A stretch of 64,000 nucleotides of DNA, taken from NCBI GenBank assembly GCA_030390025.1, contig CM059432.1, forward strand, positions 52,268,001-52,332,000. Reading direction: 5' to 3'. The position numbers were made by a program, and so were the translations under genes. Positions 26,740-35,607 of the stretch are shown here, piece after piece. Source of the stretch: Squalus acanthias. Its lineage: Eukaryota. Numbering within the stretch: the first letter of the stretch is position 1; each line of letters opens with the position of its first letter. The notes under the pieces are model-generated. The model did no database searches. It was not told where the DNA came from and worked only from the letters and a program-made list of their open reading frames with translations.

Positions 26740-27873
26740 ATAAATGACTAGATAATCTGCTTCAGTGATGTTGGCTGAGAGATACATTTTTGACAGGGCA
26801 CCAGGAGAACTCCCCTGTTCTTCTTCAAATAATGGCATAGGATCTCATACATCTTACTGAGAGGGCAGACAGAGCCTCAATTTAATATCTCATCTGAAAG
26901 CTGGGCTTCTGACATTGCAGCACTCCTTCAGTACGGCACTGAAGTGTCAGCCTAGAATAAGTGGGACCTTCTAACTCAGAGGGGAAAGTACCAACTCTGA
27001 GCAAGGCTTGACACACCCTTCCTGCTTGGTGTCCATTCCTACCCCAGCCCACACATGAAGCACTTTGGGACATTTTGCTACGTTAAAGGTACTATATAAG
27101 TAGTATTTACTGTTATAATGTATCTGAAAGTAACATGTAACCTGAAATGTAGCATTTATTCAATTTCCTGCAAAAGGAGAATATATCTTCTCAAGGTAAT
27201 TAAGGAACTAGATCCATATTGCCTGCAGATTATTGTGAACTGAACATATACTGAAAGCTTCTCCCCCACAAATTGCATTCGGTCAGAGGCAACCTAACAT
27301 CCCTTCCACTGGATTGCTGCAGATAATTTGCTCACTGTAAGCAAACTAGGACAGGGTACTGGGTTATGTGAAAGAGTAACGTTAATGTAGGAGATGGGGT
27401 GTATAGGAGGATGAAGCAGCAGTACAGAATAGGGTAGCAAGGATGCAGGAGAAAGGAATCTGTATGGGAGAGGCAGAGAGGGAAGTAGTAAAAGAAAGAA
27501 AGAAAGACTTGCATTTATATAGCGCCTTTCACGACCACTGGACGTCCCAAAGCGCTTTACAGCCAATGAAGTACTTTTGTAGTGTAGTCACTGTTGTAAT
27601 GTAGGAAAATATGAGAAGAAAGTATGAGAAGAAGGGAGTGTGATTTGGCAATGACAATTATAATAGTGGGGATTCGTAGCAGAAAACAGAGGATCGGAGA
27701 AGGAAGCAGCAGAGGAAGGAAGCAGTGTGTCTGTGCAGGATGAAGGGGAAAGCAATATGGGAAGGAAACTACAATGGGGAGAACAGCAGCAATACAGGAG
27801 AGGAGGAACTCTACAAGAGAGGGGTGTGTGAATATAGTAGGAAGGAGTTGGTGATATGAGGGTGGGGATAGTG

Positions 27874-29571
27874 TGTAGAATTCGCAATATATCGCGATTT
27901 TGTTAATAAGGAGAAAACACAGAGTTTCGTTCAAACAGCTTTTATTTCAGCAGAATGCTGGCAGGTTTAAAGTGGACACAAGCAGCCTGTAAAATGGCCG
28001 CCGCACCTCGTGACAGAACATTCTAGACTTTTCAACAGGCAGACAAGATGGCGTTCCAATAAACATTTGTGCAAGATCGATTAAGATTCAGCACAGTGAA
28101 GATAATACACGAGACATTATGGGTTTGCAGTATACACATAGATACTGAAATCGGTCTCCCAGGTACAAAGGAAAGCCATTGTACCGAGTAATCAAGGGCC
28201 CATCCAAAAGACATTAATATGTAAAATCCCGACGACTCTACGATGAGAGAGCCGTTAGCAGGTAGTTATACAGGACACTTGGAAGCCCCAAACCCCTCCA
28301 GGGAGAACACCGACCGATTTAACAATGGGAGAAATATTAACAGGTACTCAGACATTTACGAGTAGCCCCGAAACCCATTAAGAACGGAGATCACCCATAC
28401 AAGACATTTGGGCGCCAAACCCTAAACAAAAGAATGGACATTATAGTTGGGCGGGAAACGGAAGATTTTGCACTATAATTGCAGGCTCCAAACCGTCCAT
28501 TCGCTCTCTTGCTCCTGTGCTTTTATCCGGTCGATTCGTAACCTCGTGGCTGCTCCTGTGTACTCGTAGTTGGGCTCGCTCCTGCTTGCCTGTTGCCTCT
28601 TCTGAAAAGACTGTTGAACTTTCTGATCCGATTCGGATCTACCTCGTGTCGCGTAACGAAGACCTATGTTGGTAACTGGCAGCGGAACCGAAGGCCCGAG
28701 ATGAGATGAGATGAGATGAGATGAGAAGAGAGGAAGACCATATCCATCGCCACGGTCAGTAAATCCCGACCGCGCCTGTAGGTCGATTAGCCAAGTTTTC
28801 CTCGCCAGGAAGACTTCTTCGAACTTATAACGAAACATATTGCATCGACGATAACTGGACTGTGCCCAAAGTAACTGGAACGTGAAAACATATCGTATCG
28901 ACGATATTGACAACTGTGCTCGAAGAGTACCTGTTAAGCCAACCAACACAGGTCTTCATCACAGCAGACGGTCCAGCCTGCTAGCCGGAGCAGCAGAAGC
29001 AAGTAAACAAGTGGGACCAGGAGATCTCCTGACCGACACGTGGGTGCTGCGGTGAAAAGCATCCGATCAGCTATTCGGAATTTCTCCGAGTTATCACGAG
29101 TGGTGAGCATGAGTCTCGAGATCCTACGAATCTAGTTTAGGATAGATATTGATAGGGGAGGGTTTAAGGATTAAGGATATTTGTAATGTGTGCCCCTATT
29201 TACTTTGTGCCGTTCGTTCCTCGTTTCCCTAAGATCGACTATATAACTGTTTGTAAGATTGTACTGTCATTAATCTGTGCTTATGACATGTATTTCATAA
29301 TCTTAAGTATCATGCAATAAAGATTTTCCATTTCGTACCATTCAAACCAAGTCTACATGAGTTTTATCTCCATTACTGCTCTCGCATCTAAGTCCAGTGT
29401 CTAGAACCGTAAGGGAGAGTGATTCGAACCACTCACAGGTGTGTCTAGTGTTCCCAGACTGGCTGGAGACCAGAACAGGCAACAAGGCCTAGACCCGCAC
29501 TGACATACAGGCTGCACAGAGCCGCGTGAATCTCACAGGCTGCGAGACACGCAGGGTCAGAATCCCTTACA
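27874..29571 (+). repeat. 5' LTR (1698 bp)
   Basis: Starts tgtagaattcg, ends cccttaca. GC box 28449, TATA-like 28474, (gagat)n at ~28698-28726, aataaa 29316-29321. Confidence 0.97.
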
Positions 29572-29575
29572 GAAA

Positions 29576-31387
29576 ATGGCGACCGCGGCAGGACACTGGC
29601 AGCGAGAGGGTAGTGTGTTAGATTTTGGAATGACTGTACGAAATGTTATGCAGGAAAAGATAGCGGATTATGTGTTTGGAAAGGTTAATCTAACTAAGAA
29701 ATGGATAAGTGAATTGTTAGCGGATAAGAGCCCACTAGAGGCAGCTGAAAGGTGGACAGATAGTAAAGAACATAGAAAGACACTTGAGAAAGCAGTCTGG
29801 CTTATGTGTTACAAAAGGCAGGTTCAGATTTCAAACCAGACCATTACAGCGCTAGTAGCTCGAATCAGTCATTTAGAGGGAGAAATGGAGGAGAAGGTTT
29901 CTGGAGGGGAGGTGCTCATTAAGAATTTAAATGAGTTACACCAAGAAAGCCAGGAAGTCTCCAGTCACCTTAAAACAAGGATAGATTATCTCGAGTGCCA
30001 GGTCACTGAGGCAAAATTGAATGAGAGCAGGTTAAAGGAAAGATGTAACCGCCAAGCTGCCCAGATAAGAACTCAAGAAGAAAGCTTGATGGGGGTTAGG
30101 GCGGCATATAAGTTGGCCCTTGAGGATAAGTTTCAGGGAGCCGATCATAGCGCCTGCCAAAGGGAGATAGAGCACCTCAAAAAGGCCGTGAACAATGCGA
30201 ACGGCATGGTGTGCCTTATCAATCCGTCGGCGCACCAGCCGCTAGTAAATGAGAGATTTAGAAAATCCCCACCAAGTAAAGCAGAAGAAGTAGTAGCCAC
30301 TGCGCCCTCCGCGCCACCCAGCTATTCAGAAACCTGGGTTAGGGAGGAAGCAATGGAAGAAACAAAAGAGCCCATTGAAAAGGAAGTAGAAAAGGGATCG
30401 TTGTATCCAGTAACGGGTATTAAAAGGGGCCCAAGCAGAAACGGTGGGGAAGAACCGGGGGATCTCCTCGGACAGCTGGTGTTGCCTCACAGTTCACATC
30501 AGCTGAGAGCTATGATAAATCACGTACGGAAGCTGACCGAGGTAGACGACCCTTCCGTACATTTCAGAGAAGTTGAGCAAGCCGCAGCCATTAACGGCTG
30601 CGATGATGGGGAAACAGCAAAAATGCTGCTGTTCTCATTAGACAGCTCGGTCCTTCAGTGTCTCTCAGGCGAGAGCAAGAGGGGAACCAAGAGTTATGAG
30701 GAATTAAAGAACGAGGTCCTGGAAGTGTTGGGGGCGAACGACGAAGGTCCGTTTGCTAGAGTGGGACAGACAGTGCAGATGGAGGGAGAACCCCCGAAGG
30801 TTTTTGCCGACAGGCTGTGGCCAGTATATGAGCGCAGCTGTCTAGGTGCGCCCGAGCGCGAAGATGTGGAAGGTTTAGCTTTAACTCATTGGCTTAGGTG
30901 CATAATAGCCAACAGTTTACCAGCCGTTAGAGAGCAGGCAAAAGCATGGTTTGATCCCAATGACCCCAACATTACGGAAGAGTCGGTCTTGAATCGACTC
31001 ACGTTAGGTTATCGCAATATAAGGGGTATGGCAACACGTCCCCTTAAGGGAAGAGTACATGAGGTACGACCCGCAGCCCCGTATCAAAGAGAGTGGCATC
31101 AGGAGGGTAATCGCGCCCCACAGGCAAGTAATGCTTGTTACGGGTGTGGGAAGACAGGGCACTGGCGCAAGCATTGCAGGAACCCTTGGAAGGATTCCAA
31201 GGATAAAAATCCCGCGGTCCGAGCCCAGGCGCCTGTCCCGGCTAAGGAAGCCAAGGCACCCACCCCTCCCGACGACCTCGAAGCAGTGTTAGGAGCCATG
31301 CGCAAGCTGGTCTTGAATGCGCGTGGACAGGTGGCGGTCGCAACCGGCCCCGTAGGTGTCGCAGGACCGTCTAATAGTACCCAATGA
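29576..31387 (+). CDS. gag: Gag polyprotein (603 aa): coiled coil, late domains, capsid-like region, CCHC zinc knuckle
   Basis: Uninterrupted ORF directly after the LTR; CYGCGKTGHWRKHC at 31136-31177; PSAPPSY at 30305-30325. Confidence 0.92.
   Translation: MATAAGHWQREGSVLDFGMTVRNVMQEKIADYVFGKVNLTKKWISELLADKSPLEAAERWTDSKEHRKTLEKAVWLMCYKRQVQISNQTITALVARISHLEGEMEEKVSGGEVLIKNLNELHQESQEVSSHLKTRIDYLECQVTEAKLNESRLKERCNRQAAQIRTQEESLMGVRAAYKLALEDKFQGADHSACQREIEHLKKAVNNANGMVCLINPSAHQPLVNERFRKSPPSKAEEVVATAPSAPPSYSETWVREEAMEETKEPIEKEVEKGSLYPVTGIKRGPSRNGGEEPGDLLGQLVLPHSSHQLRAMINHVRKLTEVDDPSVHFREVEQAAAINGCDDGETAKMLLFSLDSSVLQCLSGESKRGTKSYEELKNEVLEVLGANDEGPFARVGQTVQMEGEPPKVFADRLWPVYERSCLGAPEREDVEGLALTHWLRCIIANSLPAVREQAKAWFDPNDPNITEESVLNRLTLGYRNIRGMATRPLKGRVHEVRPAAPYQREWHQEGNRAPQASNACYGCGKTGHWRKHCRNPWKDSKDKNPAVRAQAPVPAKEAKAPTPPDDLEAVLGAMRKLVLNARGQVAVATGPVGVAGPSNSTQ
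29577..29594 (+). promoter_or_regulatory. Primer binding site, tRNA-Arg(TCG)
   Basis: TGGCGACCGCGGCAGGAC, 5 nt after the LTR. It is complementary to the 3' 18 nt (GTCCTGCCGCGGTCG-CCA) of vertebrate tRNA-Arg-TCG as I recall that sequence. Confidence 0.85.
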
Positions 31388-32497
31388 CTAGAGCCCACGC
31401 AGCCTGCCTACCTGTGTCCTTTTAAAAGACACGCACAGGAGGGGGTCTGCGGTGAGGAGGCCAGGTTAAAAGAGCAGGCCTTGCGGGAGGAGAACGCCCG
31501 CTTAATAGGGAAAATAGATGGGCTGGAAGGGCAGCTTAGAGAGCAGGCCCTGCGGGAGGAGAACGCCCGATCAATGGGAAAGTTAGACGTGCTCAGGCTA
31601 GAAGCGCAGCTTAGAGAGATAAAAGCAGCCTACAGGGTAGCCAAAAGCCGGGAGTATGAGGATGTAAACCAATGCAAACTGTACCAGCCAGGTGCGCAGG
31701 GGAAAACTACAGGGGTAAATCCCGCCAATGGGAAAGCACAGCCCCAGGTAGGACCACAAGGCACACAGGCAGGCATAGCAGCTTGCATCAGGGGAAGGGA
31801 CATCCCGGACGATCATGCAGCGTTTTTCTGGAATTGGGGGTTAGATGAGGAAGAACTCAGGGTACCCTGGTCAGATGAGGATAGTGCAGATGAGCATAGT
31901 GATGATGACGGGTGGTTCCTGAGGAACGGTCTGGAGGGAATGGGGGCTGTAGGTAGAGATCCACACAGGGTGGACACACAAGCTGCAGGTCCCGAGGACA
32001 GGAGGGAGGAGCTAGAGGAGGCAGGGCCAGCCGCTATAGGAGCACAGAGAGTACCGGTGTGGCTCCCAGAGATGTGGCCGCCCGCTTTGAACGTCCAGTC
32101 CTCAGGGGAGGCAGAGATCACGAGTGAAGGGCCGCCTGCTGGGCCGAGCAGGGCGGAGCCACGAACTGCCAGCCCCGAGGTTAGGGAGGCGGAGTCAGCG
32201 GAGGTGGAGCCGGCGACTGTGATGGAACCCCAGGTCATCCCGATGGAGGTCTCGGAACCCGGTCCGTCCGTCACGGAACCCCCGCCCATAGCAACTCCCC
32301 GTAGGTCAAGTAGAGAACCCCAGCCCAGGAGGATGTGGTCATGTCCCCAGACTGCCCCAAGGCGAAAATTTAAGGTTAAGATAACCCAGGTACAGACCGG
32401 CCACATCGCAGCAGTAACAGGCTGCGGCAGATCAGAGGGAAGGGTCAGTGCCCTCCCACCGTCGGGAAGAGCTCGCAGCAGCCTTCTCAGAATTTAA
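31388..32497 (+). CDS. ORF2, in frame with gag after TGA-CTAG; coiled-coil + acidic/Pro-rich protein of unknown function in the pol position
   Basis: No stop from 31388 to 32494 in the gag frame; no protease, RT, RNase H or integrase motifs seen. Confidence 0.7.
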   Translation, partial: LEPTQPAYLCPFKRHAQEGVCGEEARLKEQALREENARLIGKIDGLEGQLREQALREENARSMGKLDVLRLEAQLREIKAAYRVAKSREYEDVNQCKLYQPGAQGKTTGVNPANGKAQPQVGPQGTQAGIAACIRGRDIPDDHAAFFWNWGLDEEELRVPWSDEDSADEHSDDDGWFLRNGLEGMGAVGRDPHRVDTQAAGPEDRREELEEAGPAAIGAQRVPVWLPEMWPPALNVQSSGEAEITSEGPPAGPSRAEPRTASPEVREAESAEVEPATVMEPQVIPMEVSEPGPSVTEPPPIATPRRSSREPQPRRMWSCPQTAPRRKFKVKITQVQTGHIAAVTGCGRSEGRVSALPPSGRARSSLLRI

Positions 32498-32803
32498 AGG
32501 GGCCGCCCTGAGAACGGGCGGCACTGTAAAGTTATAGTAATAAGTTTTCAGTTTATAGTTCAAGGTTAAGTGTTAATATTTCAAGGTTAAGTTTATAGCT
32601 TTAATAAGGTTAAGTTTGTAGTGTTTTTAACAGAAAACGATAAAATGATGGGAGCTTTAAAGATAGGTTTAGTTGAAGTTTATTCAGCGAACGTTGAAGT
32701 TTACGTGAGGCGAGGTCAGGGGACCCGCTCACCCTTCACAAAAGCCAGAGACTCTTGCGAGGCTGGCTACCTCATTCTATCTGATCACAGGAACCAAGGA
32801 AGG

Positions 32804-35155
32804 ATGGAACGAATTCTAGTATTGCTCGTGGCAATCGGATGTGGATTGGCCTATCGAGGCCGCACCAAGGATGTCGTGGTGTTTGGATGTTCCGGGGACA
32901 CGGCCCCCATCGCGGTGGATGGGACCGGAAGACGGGAGGCAGAGGAGACCAGCACCTATTTCCACAAGGGAAGGTGGCCAGGATGGCTGGGAACGAACTC
33001 AACGGAGTATTCCAGCACGTCGGGGTTTGCCTACCAAGAGACTTCTTTACTGTGCCCCAAAGTAAGGATCATCGCACCCAGGATCAGCGTCACCGTCGGC
33101 AAACGGATTTGTTTGACTTGTAGTGGGAAGGTCCCATTGAGCCGATGGTGGTGGCTGCGAAAGCTGAGCAAAACTATGAGAAACTCTTCGGTCGAGTGGG
33201 AACGACTGGGTAATAATACCCATCGGACAATTACGGGGACAGACGGACAAGTGAAAGTCTGTTGGGACAAATGGTGGGAACCGGATGAGGGAATTTATGT
33301 ATGTATGTGGGGGTCAAAGTACGTTTGCCCCAAAGGCATCTCCATATTTTTTATTAATCAATGGCAGGATAACGGACAGGGGATGAGGTGGGATGCGAGC
33401 ACCAGGGGGTGCGGAGCCCCATTCTCCCCGATCCCAGTAAATGCCACTGAGCTCATTACGCGCCCACGCAAAGCCCCGCCCACGATTCCGGTGGTTCTAG
33501 CTGAGGAAGAAGGGTGCCCTAAAACTAGTAAGGGACCCGGGAATGGTTTGGTACTGGTCCCCACAGACCAGATACTATTTCAGGGGGTACATTACGCGGT
33601 GGCCTCGGTGATTTTAAATCTCACTGAGGTGCGGTTACCAGAGTGGTGCCCCAAAAAGACGGAACAGTTGTACCAGGTCCTGTTGACCAAGATGTTCAGA
33701 CAATTTTACGAATTCGATTTCGCGGAAATTGATAAAACAAGTTTGTACACCGCGCCACAGGAAGTTTTGGATCAAGTAGGGAGGCAAAGAAGGGGTTTGG
33801 TGAACGATGCGTTCACTGCTTTTAACACAGGTACATCTGTGGTCAACGCTCTAGACAGTGTGGAGCTGCAGACCCAGATTAATGGTTTAAAGACACAATT
33901 AAAAGACATTCTAACAGATGAGAATAAAGTGGTAGGGTCAGGTCTACACGAGGACCAAGCCATGACCCTCCATTTAAAGGAAATTATAGCAGAGTTGGAG
34001 AAACATGCAAAGACGGTAAATGCCCTGATTAGGGAAGATCGGAATGCATCCGATCAAGCTGCGCAGAACGAGGTGTGCGTGCTTTACGGGGCGTGGTTAC
34101 TGGGCGAGGGCCACAGTAATTTGGAGGATTTAAAACAAGGTTTGGTTCCGTCCTGGATAAGTAACAAACACCTACGGGCGCTCCACCCTTTTCAGAATGC
34201 ATTAAGCCCGTGCCAGCTCAGGCTAGCTTCAGAAGCATACCCAGTCCCCGTGGACTGCGGACGATCAAACCATACCATTATGGGTATAGTTTTACGCATG
34301 CCGGTTTTGGGCGACACAGCAAAGCCCGCCCCGGTATATCGGGTAGAGAACATCGGTGTCATTCAGGGGGGAGCCCACATTCGTTATGCAGCGGTTCCAC
34401 CTTACGTCATCCGCTGGGAGCAAACGATGACAGGTACAGATCTCTCTGGTTGTCGTGGCAGGGGAGCACACATAATACTGTGCCCCCAGCACTTGAATGC
34501 CTTTTTAACACCACAGTGCGGGTTCAGAACGGCTGGCGCCAAGTCCATGAATTGCACCATGGAGGCAATGGCACAAGATCATGTGCCTCCGCAGGTAGCA
34601 TACATCGGGGGTGGAACATATTGTGTTACCACTGCAGCGCAACACTACCAGCATGGAAACCGTAGCCGGTGTCCGGTGAGTGACAGCAGTTTCTGTTTTA
34701 AACCCAGGGCGGAAGTTCAAGTAGCACAACAGCGAATTATCCCAATCCCTGAACCATCCACTGTTCATCTCACGGTAAAAGAGAATTTCACCGACTTGCA
34801 GCGATTCGTCGCGCATTTTGGATACCTCATTCCCCCTCTCCCTGAACACCTCACCAAGCTTTTAAAAGCCGTCGCGGTGTCACAGAAACACTTTTACACA
34901 TTAGAGCAGAAAACTGTCGAAATAGGAACAGACATTCTGGATATAGTAGTTCCACCGTGGTGGAATCTGTTCACTAATATTGAAGTACCTTCATGGATCA
35001 GAATAGCCTCCCACATTTTAGTCGTATGCCAAGTTTTCATTGTAGTGTACCTATTGGTCGTACATTGTAAAAGAGACAAACGCCTCACCAAGCATGAAAA
35101 CACGGGAGAGTGGCGAGAACGTTACGTGCGCGTGCACGATGAAAGCACCGTGTAA
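32804..35155 (+). CDS. env: Envelope glycoprotein (783 aa): signal peptide, Ig-like domain, furin site, F-type fusion subunit, TM anchor
   Basis: MERILVLLVAIGCGLA signal; RQRR|GLVN at 33782-33793; heptad repeat; Cys-rich region; TM at ~35003-35068; about ten N-glycosylation sequons; splice acceptor at 32790. Confidence 0.9.
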   Translation: MERILVLLVAIGCGLAYRGRTKDVVVFGCSGDTAPIAVDGTGRREAEETSTYFHKGRWPGWLGTNSTEYSSTSGFAYQETSLLCPKVRIIAPRISVTVGKRICLTCSGKVPLSRWWWLRKLSKTMRNSSVEWERLGNNTHRTITGTDGQVKVCWDKWWEPDEGIYVCMWGSKYVCPKGISIFFINQWQDNGQGMRWDASTRGCGAPFSPIPVNATELITRPRKAPPTIPVVLAEEEGCPKTSKGPGNGLVLVPTDQILFQGVHYAVASVILNLTEVRLPEWCPKKTEQLYQVLLTKMFRQFYEFDFAEIDKTSLYTAPQEVLDQVGRQRRGLVNDAFTAFNTGTSVVNALDSVELQTQINGLKTQLKDILTDENKVVGSGLHEDQAMTLHLKEIIAELEKHAKTVNALIREDRNASDQAAQNEVCVLYGAWLLGEGHSNLEDLKQGLVPSWISNKHLRALHPFQNALSPCQLRLASEAYPVPVDCGRSNHTIMGIVLRMPVLGDTAKPAPVYRVENIGVIQGGAHIRYAAVPPYVIRWEQTMTGTDLSGCRGRGAHIILCPQHLNAFLTPQCGFRTAGAKSMNCTMEAMAQDHVPPQVAYIGGGTYCVTTAAQHYQHGNRSRCPVSDSSFCFKPRAEVQVAQQRIIPIPEPSTVHLTVKENFTDLQRFVAHFGYLIPPLPEHLTKLLKAVAVSQKHFYTLEQKTVEIGTDILDIVVPPWWNLFTNIEVPSWIRIASHILVVCQVFIVVYLLVVHCKRDKRLTKHENTGEWRERYVRVHDESTV

Positions 35156-35595
35156 TCGGAAAATGGCGTCACTCCCGCTCGCCGCGTGCGCCGCGGAAGT
35201 TTGTACTCATATAAGATTTTCAGAGATTGTAAATACGTTGGGAACTCGACATGTTTTAAGAGTTGGTGTTGATTTATTTTGGTGATGGTGTTACAGTTAA
35301 AAATGATTGTTTGGTTTTGGGTTTTTGTTTTTCCTTTCCCTGAATAAAAGATGAATATGCAGGTGATACGAGAGGCATCGGCCTGGTTACGCCGGGAAGG
35401 AAAACAAGTGGTGTAAGTTTAAGGGCAAATAATGCCTACGGTGATATAAAATGTAATCTTCTTGGGAAATGAGGACGACACAGAGACCCTAGCTAAGTTA
35501 AAATTATGGGATTAATTTACTGGATTCGGAGAGAAATCGAGATAACATTGCTCACCACTATGATTTTTGATACGATAAGCGGAGTTATTCGCATC

Positions 35596-35607
35596 AACAG
35601 GAGGGAC
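35596..35607 (+). promoter_or_regulatory. Polypurine tract
   Basis: aacaggagggac immediately before the 3' LTR. Confidence 0.8.

Larger units (their letters stand above)
20005..27730 (+). repeat. Copy 2 of ~7.7 kb duplication (contains the same CR1, SINE and Penelope fragments)
   Basis: Colinear with 11765-19502. Confidence 0.97.

Noticed and set aside
27380..27870. Purine-rich low-complexity stretch and its antisense ORFs
   Set aside because: Compositional bias only; no clear period or coding signal
28110..28445. Spaced short repeats as a CRISPR-like array
   Set aside because: Eukaryotic LTR context, short degenerate units, irregular spacing, no cas genes
28473..28949. 158-aa antisense ORF in the 5' LTR (188 aa in the 3' LTR, 36125-36691)
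   Set aside because: Non-ATG start, runs through the (gagat)n repeat, C-terminus changes with the 8-bp indel, and has no recognisable motif
31813..32406. 197-aa antisense ORF over ORF2
   Set aside because: GC-rich shadow frame of ORF2 with no independent evidence
32621..32803. First 61 codons of the 844-aa env ORF
   Set aside because: The signal peptide and splice acceptor point to ATG 32804 as the real start
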